NCBI GenBank assembly: GCA_963709585.1
Contig: CAVPXI010000005.1
Location: forward strand, 128,001-192,000
Direction: 5' to 3'
Length of the DNA stretch: 64,000 nucleotides
Source: Candidatus Dormiibacterota bacterium
GTDB lineage: Bacteria > Chloroflexota > Dormibacteria > Aeolococcales > Aeolococcaceae
The translations under genes were made by a program, and so were the position numbers. Below the pieces are notes generated by a model that did not search any database, was not told where the DNA came from, and saw only the letters and a program-made list of their open reading frames with translations. Of the stretch, positions 10,903 to 20,770 are shown piece after piece. The number at the start of each line of letters is the position of its first letter. Position 1 is the first letter of the stretch.

Positions 10903-10971
10903 GAGCCTGCCGCGCCAGGATTCGAGCCCCGAACTCGCGGGTACCATGGCCTTCAGTAAGGAGCTTGAACG

Positions 10972-11199
10972 ATGGCGATAGACGTGGTCGGCAAGCTGGC
11001 GAGAGTGACTGCCGACATTACCCCGGGACATCTCGGCGAGGTGCTCATCGAGGTCCGCGCGGGCACCGAACGCTTCCTTGCGTGCGCCTCGGACAAGGCA
11101 GCGACGATCACAAAGCATTCCCAGGTCCTTGTGGTGGGTAGCCTGGGCGGTCGCACCGTTGAGGTGGCGCCGACAGACACCATGAGGTTGCCACGATGA
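10972..11199 (+). CDS. Small NfeD-like OB-fold protein
   Basis: 75 aa with VVGKLARVTADI..GEVLIEVRAG..ITKHSQVLVV. AAGGAG SD. ATGA-coupled to flotillin. Confidence 0.8.
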   Translation: MAIDVVGKLARVTADITPGHLGEVLIEVRAGTERFLACASDKAATITKHSQVLVVGSLGGRTVEVAPTDTMRLPR

Positions 11200-12770
11200 C
11201 AACGCTGGCCTACGTGATCTTGGGGATCATCATCGGCGGGCTGCTGGTGTTGGTGCTGCTGTTTCGCGCAGCCTGGCGCGTCGCCGAGCCGGACGAAGCG
11301 CTGATCATCTCGGGCTTCCGCACCAGCGAGCGTCCCGGCGGTGTGGGCGAGAGCATGGGATTCCGCATCGTCACCGGGCGTGGATGCCTGGTCGCTCCCG
11401 GCATCACCAGGGTGCGCCGCCTCTCCCTCGAAGCTCATGAGAGCGAGATCGGGGTTCCGTGCGTGTCGCAGCAGAAGATCCGCGTCGACCTGCGCGGCGT
11501 GATCGTCTACAAGGTCGGCGACGACTACCGGTCGATCGCCAACGCGGCCCGTCGCTTCCTCGACCGGCCCGCGCAGGAGCTCGAGACCAAGGTGCAGAAC
11601 GTGTTCGTCGGCCATCTGCGCGCGATCGCCGGCTCCATGACCGTCGAGGACATGATCAGCGACCAGGACAAGTTCGCCCAGCAGGTGCGCGATCGCTGCT
11701 CGCAGGAGATGGAGTCCTTCGGGCTGGTCATCGACAGCTTCCAGATTCAGTCGATCACGAGTCCCTCGAACTACATCGAGAACCTCGCAGCGCCACACCA
11801 GGCCGAGGTGGAGCAGAACGCTCGGATCGCGCGTGCCAATGCCGAGCGGGCGGCGGTCAGCCAGGAGCAGATCGCCCAGGCGCAGATGGCCGAGTCTCAG
11901 CGCGACACCAACATCAAGAAGGCCGGCTACCAGGCGGAGGTCGACACCGCCACCCAGCTCGCTGGTCAGCAGGGGCCGCTGTCCGAGGCCAAGGCGCACC
12001 AGGCGGTGGTCTCCGAACAGACGCGCGTCGCCGAGTTGCAGGCGGAGCAGAAGGAGCAGCAGCTCCAGGTCGATGTCCGCCGTCCTGCCGACGCCGAGGC
12101 GTACCGCCAGACCACGCTCGCGGCCGCGGGACGCGACGTGCGCATCCGTCAGGCCGAGGCTGAAGCGCAGGAGACCCGCCTCCGCGCCGAGGCTGTCGCC
12201 ACGCAGACCAAGGTCCAGGCGGAGGCGTTGGCCGCCGCGCTCAAGATGCAGGCGACCGCCCAGGCAGAGGCGACCCGGCTCACCGGTCAGGCCGAGGCTG
12301 ACGCTATCAAGGCCAGGGGACTCGCCGAGGCGGACGCCGTCCGCGCCCGCATGGAGGCCGAGGCCGCCGGGATCGAGCGGAGAGCCGCGGCGCTGAGCCA
12401 GAACCAGGAGGCGGTCATCGCCCAGCAGATCGCCGAGAAGCTGCCCGAGATCGTTGCCGCGGCGGCCGCGCCCTTCGAGCACGTCGATCAATTCACCGTG
12501 CTCAACGGCGCTCAGGGCGTGACCGGCGCGCTTGCCGAGATCATCCAGCAGGCGGGAGCGCTCACCGGCCTGGCACGGCAGTCATTGCTCCCCGCGATCA
12601 CGAAGGCCGCGTCTGCAGCGCCGGACACGCAGCACCTCAACGGTGCCGCTAACCGCACCGGGTACGAGAACGGCGACCGCAACGGGCGGCGCAAGCGGCA
12701 GATTCCTGTCACGATCACCGACCCGGCGTCCGCCGGGACGGACGGCAGCGAGGAGCACGTGACCCAGTGA
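11196..12770 (+). CDS. Flotillin / SPFH domain protein
   Basis: N-terminal TM helix, AEPDEALIISG, GHLRAIAGSMTVE, and a long AEA-rich coiled coil. Confidence 0.92.
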   Translation: MTTLAYVILGIIIGGLLVLVLLFRAAWRVAEPDEALIISGFRTSERPGGVGESMGFRIVTGRGCLVAPGITRVRRLSLEAHESEIGVPCVSQQKIRVDLRGVIVYKVGDDYRSIANAARRFLDRPAQELETKVQNVFVGHLRAIAGSMTVEDMISDQDKFAQQVRDRCSQEMESFGLVIDSFQIQSITSPSNYIENLAAPHQAEVEQNARIARANAERAAVSQEQIAQAQMAESQRDTNIKKAGYQAEVDTATQLAGQQGPLSEAKAHQAVVSEQTRVAELQAEQKEQQLQVDVRRPADAEAYRQTTLAAAGRDVRIRQAEAEAQETRLRAEAVATQTKVQAEALAAALKMQATAQAEATRLTGQAEADAIKARGLAEADAVRARMEAEAAGIERRAAALSQNQEAVIAQQIAEKLPEIVAAAAAPFEHVDQFTVLNGAQGVTGALAEIIQQAGALTGLARQSLLPAITKAASAAPDTQHLNGAANRTGYENGDRNGRRKRQIPVTITDPASAGTDGSEEHVTQ

Positions 12771-13970
12771 CCGCAGACCTTCCCGAGCTCTCCCTCTCGG
12801 CGCCTGACGCCGCCACGACGGTGGCACCCGCCGAGGCCGAGCGCGAGGTGACCATCGCCCCGGAAGCAGCCAAACGGATCGACGACCTGGTGGCCACGTT
12901 CGTGGGAGGCCTCCGATCGATCGACGTCCACGGCGACGACTACCGCAGACGCGTCGACGATATCGACACCCTCGCCGACCGCGAGATCAGGTCGACCTCC
13001 GATATGAGCAACCGCCTGCTCGACCGTCCGACCCGAGCGATGCGTGGGCTCGGCCAGAACGACGCGCCGATCGCCAAGAGCCTTCTCGATCTGCGTCGAT
13101 CCGTCGAGGAGCTCAACCCGGCAAAGCACGATCTCACCCAGGGTGGTCCCCGGAAGCTCCTCGGCGTCGTCCCGTTCGGGGACCGCGTTCGTGCGTACTT
13201 CGCGAAATACCAGCGGTCGCAGAGCCACATCGAGGGCATCGTCGGCGCGCTGCGCGAAGGTGGCTCGGAGCTCGAGAAGGACAATGCCGCGATCGGCCAG
13301 GAGCAGAAGGCGCTCTGGACGCAGATGGAGACCCTCCGCCAGTACACGTACATGGCCGAGAAGCTCGACACCGGCCTCGAGGCGCAGATCAACCACGTGG
13401 CCATCGGCGATCCGGAGCGTGGCAGGGTTCTCCAGGAGGACATCCTCTACCCCGTCCGTCGACGCCGCCAGGAGATCCTCACCCAGCTCGCTGTCGCCGT
13501 CCAGGGGTACGCGGCGCTCCGTGTCGTCGAGGTCAACAACCGCGAGCTCATTCGGGCGGTTCGAACCGCAACCACCACCACGGTCGCCGCGCTTCGAACC
13601 GCGGTCATGGTCGCGCAGGCCCTCACCAACCAGAAACTGGTCAGCGAGCAGGTCAAGGCAGTGAACGAGACGACCAGCGCGATGATCGAGAGCACCTCCT
13701 CGGTGCTTCGCGAACAGACAGCCACGGTGGAGAACTCAGGCAGCGAGCCCAGGGCTCGACATGGGCTCGCTGCAGCGCGCCTGGGACAACGTCTTCGCGG
13801 CCCTCGATCAGATCGACACCTACAAGTTGCGCGCTCTCGAGGCGATGAAGATCACGGTTCGTGACCTGTCCGACCAGGTCGAGAAGTCACACGCCCAGGT
13901 GGAGCGCCTCCATTCCGCCGACGCGACGGCGCCACGGGTCGCGACCGGGCAGAGCCTCCGCCTCTCCTGA
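12767..13970 (+). CDS. telA: Toxic anion resistance protein (TelA family); frameshift near 13751
   Basis: Motifs LLDLRRSVEELNP, YFAKYQRSQSHI, QLAVAVQGY, NNRELIRAV and TTVAALRTAVMVAQAL. The C-terminus LQRAWDNVFAALDQIDTYK is in the next frame. Confidence 0.85.
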
Positions 13971-13987
13971 CCCACGCTGGGCGCCGC

Positions 13988-14849
13988 TCAGAAGTGAGCG
14001 GTGTTGCTCCAGATCGCCCCGACAATCGCGGCGATGACGAACACCGCGTATTCGACAACGAGCCCTCGGTGTCGTCGCGGCGTGCCCAGGGCGCCGGCGA
14101 CACCGCGAGCGCCGTACCAGAGGACCAGCAGGATCGCCGCCCGCAACCCCGTGTGAGCATTGTTCGCCCCGACGATGGCGGCGCCTCCGATCACGATGGC
14201 GGCAACCACGAGAGCACAGAGAATCGTCGACGGAATCGAGAGGCGCTCGGTTCGGAGCCCGTCGAGGCTCACCAGGAACACGACGGCGAACACCGCGGCG
14301 AGGCGGAGACGCAGCGGCAGGGTGGGTGACACCCCGCCGAGCAGGACCGGCGCCAGAACGGCAATGCCCGAGGCGTCCCTGACCAGGCGGATGAACCAAC
14401 CCTCCTTGCCCAGCGCGCGCCGGCCCGCCAGCTGTGGGACGCCGCCGATGACGACTGCGGCGATGACGCCGCCTCCGATCCGGATCGGCAGCGGCAGCAC
14501 CGCGATCGCAAGCAGGGTCCCGAAGGAGAGGACCGCCGCCATCGGCAGCGCGATTCCGACCGGCCCAGGCCGCGAGTTCGGACGGATAGATCAGAAAGTC
14601 GTAGGCGACCAGGATCAGGCCGGTGAGGATGGCCAGGCCCGTATCGGCCGCGGCACTCCGATACAGACCGACCGCCTCGGGTCGCAGCAGCACCTCGGCA
14701 GCGGCGATCGCGAGCCCGAAGGCCGTGTGCACCATGGGGAGCGGGATCTCCGCGAGCACCCGAACCTCGCCGGTGATGCCCAGGGCGCTCCTCGCCTGGT
14801 CGGCGAGATAGCCGTGACCGCGACGGCGAAAACCTGTTCGATTATCCAC
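13988..14849 (-). CDS. Hypothetical multi-pass membrane protein (frameshift near 14573; start uncertain)
   Basis: Two hydrophobic ORF halves join at YPSEL/RPGPVGIALPM. Confidence 0.65.
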
Positions 14850-14874
14850 GTCGACCTGTGGAAACGGTGGACAA
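14827..14874. promoter_or_regulatory. Cluster of one SOS-box-like and three DnaA-box-like sites
   Basis: CGAAA-ACCT-GTTCG (14827), TTATCCACG (14842), TGTGGAAAC (14857) and GGTGGACAA (14866). Confidence 0.4.
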
Positions 14875-14891
14875 CTCGGCAGGATCCGACT

Positions 14892-15293
14892 TCACGGAGC
14901 CGAGGTGCCGGCCCGTCCGTAGCTGTCCTCGAGGCGCACGACGTCGTCGATCTCCGGGGATGACACCTCGAAAAGATCGGTGTCCTCGACCGCGATGAAT
15001 CGATGCCTGCGACCCGGGCGGATGTGCGCGCTCATCCCCGCGGTCACGCGGTGGGTCTCGATCTCGCCGTTGTCGCTCTCGAGTTGGAGGTCCATCACGC
15101 CCGCGACGACGTGAATCGACTCCTCCTTCTGGACGTGGTACTGGAGGCTCAGCCGGTGACCACGCTCGACGTGGATCAGCTTCCCCGCGTACCGCTCGGT
15201 GACCGCCCAGCGCACCTCGTAGCCCCAGGGCTTGTCGACTCGCCCCGACCCCTCGGCGCTGATCGGACCGAGCGCGGCCGCGACCTTGGTCAT
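14892..15293 (-). CDS. Cupin domain protein (mannose-6-phosphate isomerase type II-like)
   Basis: Motifs VDKPWGYE, LSLQYHVQKEE, IRPGRRHRF and EVSSPEIDDVVRLEDSYGR. Confidence 0.85.
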   Translation of the reverse strand: MTKVAAALGPISAEGSGRVDKPWGYEVRWAVTERYAGKLIHVERGHRLSLQYHVQKEESIHVVAGVMDLQLESDNGEIETHRVTAGMSAHIRPGRRHRFIAVEDTDLFEVSSPEIDDVVRLEDSYGRAGTSAP

Positions 15294-16747
15294 TCCGATG
15301 CGCCCACGGCGATGCGAGCATTGACCCCACTCTGATTCTCGAGTGCCGAGATCAGCTGCTCGACGCGCTCTTGGGTCGCCGCCTCGGCGTACACGCGCAT
15401 CAACGGCTCGGTGCCGCTCATGCGCATCAGCACCCACGAACCGTCGTCCAGGTAGAACTTGTACCCGTCGTCGGTACGGGTTCGGACCACCTTGCTCCCG
15501 GCGAGGTTGTCGGGCTGGTTCTGTTGCATGCGCGCGTAGATCTGCTCCTTCCGTTCCTCGTAGCCGTCTCGCGGAAAGCGAATGTCGTGGCGGTCGTATG
15601 CGTGCGGGCCGACCAGCTCCTCGAGGTGGGCGAGGATGGCGGAGAGCGGCTGACCGTAGTCCACGATCATCGCCGCCATCATCAGCCCGGACAGGATCCC
15701 GTCGCGCTCGGGGATGTGACCCCGGAACGCGTAGCCACCAGATTCCTCGCCGCCGAGGATTGCGTCCGTCTCCATCATCTTGGTGCCGATGTACTTGAAG
15801 CCGACCGGCATCTCGTGCACGGTCACACCGAACCGCTTGCCCAGCGCGTCCAGCATGCCCGACGTCGTGACCGAGCGAACAATGTCGCCGCGAAGCCCGC
15901 GCTTCTCGAGCAGGTACATCGCGAACAGCGCCATCACCTGGAGTTGATTGATGTAGCAGCCGGTCTCGTCGATGATGCCGACGCGATCTGCGTCACCGTC
16001 ATTGGCGATTCCAAGATCGAAGCCACCCGACCGCATCCGCTCCATCGCCTCCGGCATGTAGCGATCGATGGGCTCGGGATGCATGCCGCCGAACCCCGGA
16101 TTGCGCTCGCCGTGCAACTCCAGGACGGTGGTGGATCCTCCGCCGAGCGCGCGAGCGATGAGGCCCATGCCGGCGCCGTACATGGCTTCGTGGAGCACGC
16201 GCAGGCCGTGTCCGCGCAGCCTGTCGAGATCGACCATCCTGCTCAGCTGCAGGAGGAAATCCGGGAGCGGATCCAGGGTTTTCAACCTGCCGGTGGCAGC
16301 GGCTTCGTCGTAGGGCATCTCGGTGACGCCCGCCTCGAGGGCTTCCGCGGTATGGCGCTCGATCTCGGCAACGATCTCGGGAGGCGCCGAGCCCCCGAAG
16401 TCCGGCTTGTACTTGATCCCGTTGAACTCCGCCGAGTTATGGCTCGCGGTCACGACGATGCCACCCGCAGCGTGCTGCTGGGTGATGGCCCACGACACCG
16501 CCGGCGTCGGGGTCACCCGGTCGAGCAGGATGACCTGCAGCCCGTTCGCGACCAGGACTCGAGCGACCTCGCGGGCGAAGAGCTCCGCGCAATACCGCGA
16601 GTCATGTCCCACGACCACAGGGCGAGATTCGCTGCCAAGGTATGCCGCGACACCCTGAGCAACGGCGCGCACGTTCGCATAGGTGAAGTCATCCGCGACC
16701 ACGGCTCGCCATCCGTCGGTCCCGAACCTGATCGGGCTCGGCTTCAT
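15290..16747 (-). CDS. manB: Phosphoglucomutase/phosphomannomutase
   Basis: Motifs FGTDGWR, TASHN, DGDADR, GEESGG and RMSGTEP. Confidence 0.93.
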   Translation of the reverse strand: MKPSPIRFGTDGWRAVVADDFTYANVRAVAQGVAAYLGSESRPVVVGHDSRYCAELFAREVARVLVANGLQVILLDRVTPTPAVSWAITQQHAAGGIVVTASHNSAEFNGIKYKPDFGGSAPPEIVAEIERHTAEALEAGVTEMPYDEAAATGRLKTLDPLPDFLLQLSRMVDLDRLRGHGLRVLHEAMYGAGMGLIARALGGGSTTVLELHGERNPGFGGMHPEPIDRYMPEAMERMRSGGFDLGIANDGDADRVGIIDETGCYINQLQVMALFAMYLLEKRGLRGDIVRSVTTSGMLDALGKRFGVTVHEMPVGFKYIGTKMMETDAILGGEESGGYAFRGHIPERDGILSGLMMAAMIVDYGQPLSAILAHLEELVGPHAYDRHDIRFPRDGYEERKEQIYARMQQNQPDNLAGSKVVRTRTDDGYKFYLDDGSWVLMRMSGTEPLMRVYAEAATQERVEQLISALENQSGVNARIAVGASE

Positions 16748-16788
16748 CGCCATCATTCTATGCGCACCAGTGCGCCCTTCTCGCAGGG

Positions 16789-17928
16789 CTAAAGGAGTTC
16801 GTCGCGCCCCGAGGCATCGAGCTGATCGACGATCGCTTTGACCAGCTGCGATCGCTCCGATGGGACGACCAGCACGGCGTCGGGCGTGTCGATCACGACG
16901 AGGCCGTCGACACCGGCGACCGCGACGATCCGCCCGGAGCGCGACACGACGGTGCACCGATGCGCCGAGGTCGTGATCACGTCCCCTTCGACGACGTTGC
17001 CGTCGTTGTCGACGTCGCCGTCCGCCGCGCGGGACTGGCCGACGTCGAGCCACGAGCCCAGGTCGGACCAGCCGAACGATGCCTGGACGACGGTGAGCCG
17101 GTGCGTCCGCTCGAGGACGAGGGGCTCGACCGGTCGCAGTGGCAGTGCCGCGTAGACGCGCGTGGCCAGGTCGTCGTCGCCGACCAGGCGCGCGTCGACG
17201 ACCCTGTCGATGGTTGCCGCGAGCTCTGGGTCCGCGGCCTCAAGCTCAGCCCGGAAGCGGCGCGCCGTCCACGAGAAGAGCCCGAGATTCCAGAGGTGCC
17301 GCCCATCGGCGACGTAGCGCTGCGCAACCTCCGCCGAGGGCTTCTCCTTGAATCCCGCGGACTCGAACGCCAGGAGCGCGCCCGCCGCCGCAGCGATCTC
17401 CGCCAGGGTTCCCACCGGGGGGCGCCAGGCCCCCGGGTCTTTCGCGGAGGCTACCTCGATGTATCCGAATCCGGTGACCGGGGCCGCCGGGACGAGCCCG
17501 ACCGTGGCCAGACCGTCAGTCGCGGCTGCCCACCCGGCGGATGCAATCACCGCGGCACGGTAGGCGTCGCGATCGCTGACGCGATGATCGGCGTGGACAC
17601 TCGCTATCAGCGCGCCCGGATCCTCGCGCTCGATCAGCCCGACGGCGAGGGCAAGCGCCGGGCCCGTCCCACGAGCTTCCGGCTCCTCGATGATCATGTC
17701 GTCGGCAAGGCCGAGCCCGACCAGGGCGGTTCGGCACCCCTCCGCCTGGTTGGCCGCGGTGACCACGCGAACGCTCTCGCCGAGACCGATGACCCGCTCC
17801 ACGGTCGATCGGAGCAAGGTCTCGCCGCCCGGGGCGAGGGGCAGCAGGTGTTTCGGGGTCGACCTGCGACTCAGCGGCCACAGGCGAGTCCCACTGCCAC
17901 CTGCCAGCACGAGGATGTGCAAGCCCAC
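16789..17928 (-). CDS. manC: Mannose-1-phosphate guanylyltransferase
   Basis: Motifs LAGGSGTRLWPLSR, EPEARGT, HADH, TGFGYI, FKEKP and WSDLGSW. Confidence 0.92.
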   Translation of the reverse strand: MGLHILVLAGGSGTRLWPLSRRSTPKHLLPLAPGGETLLRSTVERVIGLGESVRVVTAANQAEGCRTALVGLGLADDMIIEEPEARGTGPALALAVGLIEREDPGALIASVHADHRVSDRDAYRAAVIASAGWAAATDGLATVGLVPAAPVTGFGYIEVASAKDPGAWRPPVGTLAEIAAAAGALLAFESAGFKEKPSAEVAQRYVADGRHLWNLGLFSWTARRFRAELEAADPELAATIDRVVDARLVGDDDLATRVYAALPLRPVEPLVLERTHRLTVVQASFGWSDLGSWLDVGQSRAADGDVDNDGNVVEGDVITTSAHRCTVVSRSGRIVAVAGVDGLVVIDTPDAVLVVPSERSQLVKAIVDQLDASGRDELL

Positions 17929-17954
17929 GCGCTGCTGCCTCGCCTCCGCCGAAA

Positions 17955-19139
17955 CTAGGCGGTGGCGGCCGCAACGAGGAGTGGCTCGGTGCCGGCATCC
18001 TCCGCCCATTGCTCGGCGAGGGTGGTGCGCTCCCATGGAAGGTCGAGATCGCTCCGGCCGAAGTGGCCGTAGGCGGCGACCTGGCGGTAGATGGGACGGC
18101 GCAGTTCGAGGGCGCTCATGATCCCGAAGGGCGAAAGATCGATGTACTCATCAATGAGTGACGCGATCATGTCGGTCGGGACCTTCTCCGTCCCGAAGGT
18201 CTCGACGAGTACCGAGACAGGCTTGGCAACGCCGATCGCGTAGGCGACCTGGATCTCGCATTTGGTCGCGAGCCCGGCCGCGACGGCGTTCTTGGCCGCC
18301 CACCGCGCCCCGTAGGCTGCGCTGCGATCGACCTTCGAGGGATCCTTCCCGCTGAACGCCCCTCCGCCGTGGCGTGCGTATCCGCCATAGGTGTCGACGA
18401 TGATCTTGCGACCGGTGAGCCCCGCGTCCGCCTGGGGGCCGCCGATAACGAAGCGTCCGGTCGGGTTCACGTAGCGCTTGGTGTTGGTATCGAGCCACTC
18501 AGCGGGGATGACCTTTCCGACCACGTGGTGCTGGACGTCCTCGAAGATCTGCTCCTGGGTCACCTCCTCGCCGTGCTGCACGCTCACCAGGACCGTGTCG
18601 ACCCGCCGCGGGCGGCCGTCGCCGTCGTATTCGATGGTCACCTGGGTCTTGCCGTCGGGCCGAGCCCAGCGCAGCGTCCCGTCGCGACGCAGGACCGCAA
18701 GCTGCCTGGCGAGCTGGTGGGCCATCTGAATCGGCGCCGGCATCAGCTCCGGGGTCTCGTCACACGCGAAGCCGAACATCATCCCCTGGTCGCCGGCGCC
18801 ACCATGGTTGACACCCTGTGAGATGTCGGGCGATTGCTCGTCGATGCCGACCAGCACTCCGCACGTCTCCCAGTCGATGCCGTATTTCGCGCGGGTATAG
18901 CCGATCTCCTTGATCGTCTGGCGAACCAGACCGGCGATATCGACGTAGGCCTCGGTGGTGATCTCGCCGAATACCAGGACGGTCCCGGTGCTCAGCGCGG
19001 TCTCGCACGCAACCCGGCCGAGCGGGTCCTTGCTGAGCACCGCGTCCAGAACCGCGTCACTGATCTGGTCTGCGACCTTGTCGGGATGTCCCTCGGTGAC
19101 CGACTCGGAGGTGAAAAGGCGATGGCGCACTGCGGGCAT
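17955..19139 (-). CDS. metK: S-adenosylmethionine synthetase
   Basis: Motifs [30 protein letters not shown] and [16 protein letters not shown]. Confidence 0.98.
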   Translation of the reverse strand: MPAVRHRLFTSESVTEGHPDKVADQISDAVLDAVLSKDPLGRVACETALSTGTVLVFGEITTEAYVDIAGLVRQTIKEIGYTRAKYGIDWETCGVLVGIDEQSPDISQGVNHGGAGDQGMMFGFACDETPELMPAPIQMAHQLARQLAVLRRDGTLRWARPDGKTQVTIEYDGDGRPRRVDTVLVSVQHGEEVTQEQIFEDVQHHVVGKVIPAEWLDTNTKRYVNPTGRFVIGGPQADAGLTGRKIIVDTYGGYARHGGGAFSGKDPSKVDRSAAYGARWAAKNAVAAGLATKCEIQVAYAIGVAKPVSVLVETFGTEKVPTDMIASLIDEYIDLSPFGIMSALELRRPIYRQVAAYGHFGRSDLDLPWERTTLAEQWAEDAGTEPLLVAAATA

Positions 19140-19212
19140 TGGAGCTTGCCTCCCTCCCCACCGGCAGCCACCGAGCCGCCCTGTGCGACTCCGGCCTGCT
19201 CCTGTCCAGGGA
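19140..19212 (-). promoter_or_regulatory. Structured 5' leader of metK (candidate riboswitch)
   Basis: TG-N-TACGAT -10 at about 19219-19224. The leader has a long hairpin and a 5' UCCCU complementary to the AGGGA SD. Confidence 0.35.
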
Positions 19213-19359
19213 TCGCACGATCGTAACAGCGCGATGGAAAGCCTGGGCTGTCACGGATTTGTCCGTTTGCGGGGACCCTCTCGACCGTGTACTGTTACCC
19301 GGTAACTATCACCAACCCGGGCGCCGTATCACAACGCGCCGGACGGAGGAACAAGGCGC

Positions 19360-19695
19360 GTGTCGGTAGACCAGACTTTACGTTGCCGCGATTGCGGCGT
19401 CGATTTCATTTGGACTGAGGGCGAGCAGGACTTTTTTGCCTCTCGTGGCCTCACAAACCCCCCTTCTCGCTGCCCCAGCTGCAGAGCGGCACGTCGCCAG
19501 AGCGGCGGTGGTGGTGGCGGCGGCGGCTTTGGCGGTAGTGGTGGTGGCGGCGGTGGTGGATACCGCAGCAACGGCCCTCGCCAGATGTACGAGGTCCCCT
19601 GTGCTGGGTGTGGCGGCGTGGCGCGCGTCCCCTTCCAGCCTCGCGGCGACAAGCCCGTTTACTGCAGCGACTGCTTCCGCGCCGCGCCTCGGTGA
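19360..19695 (+). CDS. Zinc-ribbon / CxxC-x17-CxxC domain protein with Gly-rich linker
   Basis: CRDCG..FIWTEGEQDFF..PSRCPSC and CAGCG..VPFQPRGDKPVYCSDCF. GGAGG SD. Confidence 0.92.
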   Translation: MSVDQTLRCRDCGVDFIWTEGEQDFFASRGLTNPPSRCPSCRAARRQSGGGGGGGGFGGSGGGGGGGYRSNGPRQMYEVPCAGCGGVARVPFQPRGDKPVYCSDCFRAAPR

Positions 19696-19964
19696 GTGAC
19701 AGCGGCCCCATCGCGGTGGGGACGAGGGTCAGTTTCCCCTACGGCGGCAGCCGGCGCACGGGCACGGTGCATGAGGTGTCGATGATCCCCGACCAGTCGG
19801 GGGGGAGTTCGCTCGCCTACATCATCGACGTCGGCTCAAAGAAGGTGTTCGTCCAGGGCGGAGAAGGCATCACCCCGGCCTCCGGGCCGGGGGTGGCCTT
19901 CGACCCCGTCGCCGAGGGCGTCGCCTACGGGCGTAAGCGTCCTCGGAATCCGCGCAACCGATAG
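19692..19964 (+). CDS. Hypothetical small beta-barrel (SH3/Tudor-like) protein
   Basis: GTG start overlaps the upstream stop (GTGA). IAVGTRVSF..RTGTV..YIIDVG pattern. Confidence 0.65.
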   Translation: MSDSGPIAVGTRVSFPYGGSRRTGTVHEVSMIPDQSGGSSLAYIIDVGSKKVFVQGGEGITPASGPGVAFDPVAEGVAYGRKRPRNPRNR

Positions 19965-20038
19965 TCACGATCGGGGGGCGATGTCCCGTGGCTCGGGCGT
20001 GACCGCGTGAGCACGGGATGCTGGCTATTCTGTGAGTG

Positions 20039-20755
20039 ATGGCTTCTGATCTCACCGCGGATACGGCGCATCCGTCGCTCAAGCACGCGCGCAAGCGGAT
20101 CCGTCTCTGGATGGTGCTGCTCGCGGTTGGCGTCGCATCCATCCTCGCGGGTGGCGCGTTGATCGCCGGCCCGATCATCGGCGTCCTGCAGCGCGGAGCC
20201 GCTGACTTGACGGCGCTCAAGCACTGGAAGGTCAGCCCCGCGCATCCCGCCGCCCCCGCCCCCGCACCGGTGGCCTCAGCGTCGCCCGCGTGCGGGACGA
20301 GCTCGCCGACGGACTTCGCGCTCGTGAGCTTCGAGGCCCCCGCTCAATACCACTACGCTGCGGTCGCCGGCAACGGCACCTGGGCGCTCCTGGATTCGCG
20401 GTCAATGGTTCATTACTCGGGAACGCCCAGTCCCGGTCAGCAGGGGAACGTGATCGTCGCCTTCCATCGGGAACCGGACTTCCAGCACATCGACGAGCTC
20501 AAGGTCGGCGACACCATCTCGATACAGAATCGCACCTGTCAGACCTTCGTCTACAGGGTCACCAACCGCTGGGATCTCGCCCCCAGCCGCGTGACGCAGC
20601 TCAGCCCCACCTCCGGACACGAGCTCACCCTGATCACGTGCGATCCCTGGTGGCAGGACTACAACCGCTTGGTCTGGCGCGCCGAGTTGATCTCCGCGCC
20701 GGCGCCGAGCTCACCGGGATCGACGGGCGGATCGGTGGCCAACCCCGCCTTCTGA
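20039..20755 (+). CDS. Sortase (class D/E-like)
   Basis: N-terminal TM, HYSGTPSPGQQGNVIVAFHR and TLITCDPWWQDYNRLVWRA (His-Cys-Arg triad). Confidence 0.9.
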   Translation: MASDLTADTAHPSLKHARKRIRLWMVLLAVGVASILAGGALIAGPIIGVLQRGAADLTALKHWKVSPAHPAAPAPAPVASASPACGTSSPTDFALVSFEAPAQYHYAAVAGNGTWALLDSRSMVHYSGTPSPGQQGNVIVAFHREPDFQHIDELKVGDTISIQNRTCQTFVYRVTNRWDLAPSRVTQLSPTSGHELTLITCDPWWQDYNRLVWRAELISAPAPSSPGSTGGSVANPAF

Positions 20756-20770
20756 GGCAGCCGGGAGTCG

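Noticed and set aside
10914-10925. 12-bp match (GCCAGGATTCGA) to the tRNA T-arm as a possible att site
   Set aside because: It would bracket 38 kb containing housekeeping genes (metK, rnhB), and there is no integrase. A chance match is plausible.
10953-12491. 512-aa Leu/Gly-rich minus-strand ORF
   Set aside because: Shadow of the flotillin coiled-coil codons.
19503-19560. (GGY)n repeat tract
   Set aside because: Encodes the poly-Gly linker of the zinc-ribbon protein. Not a separate repeat element.
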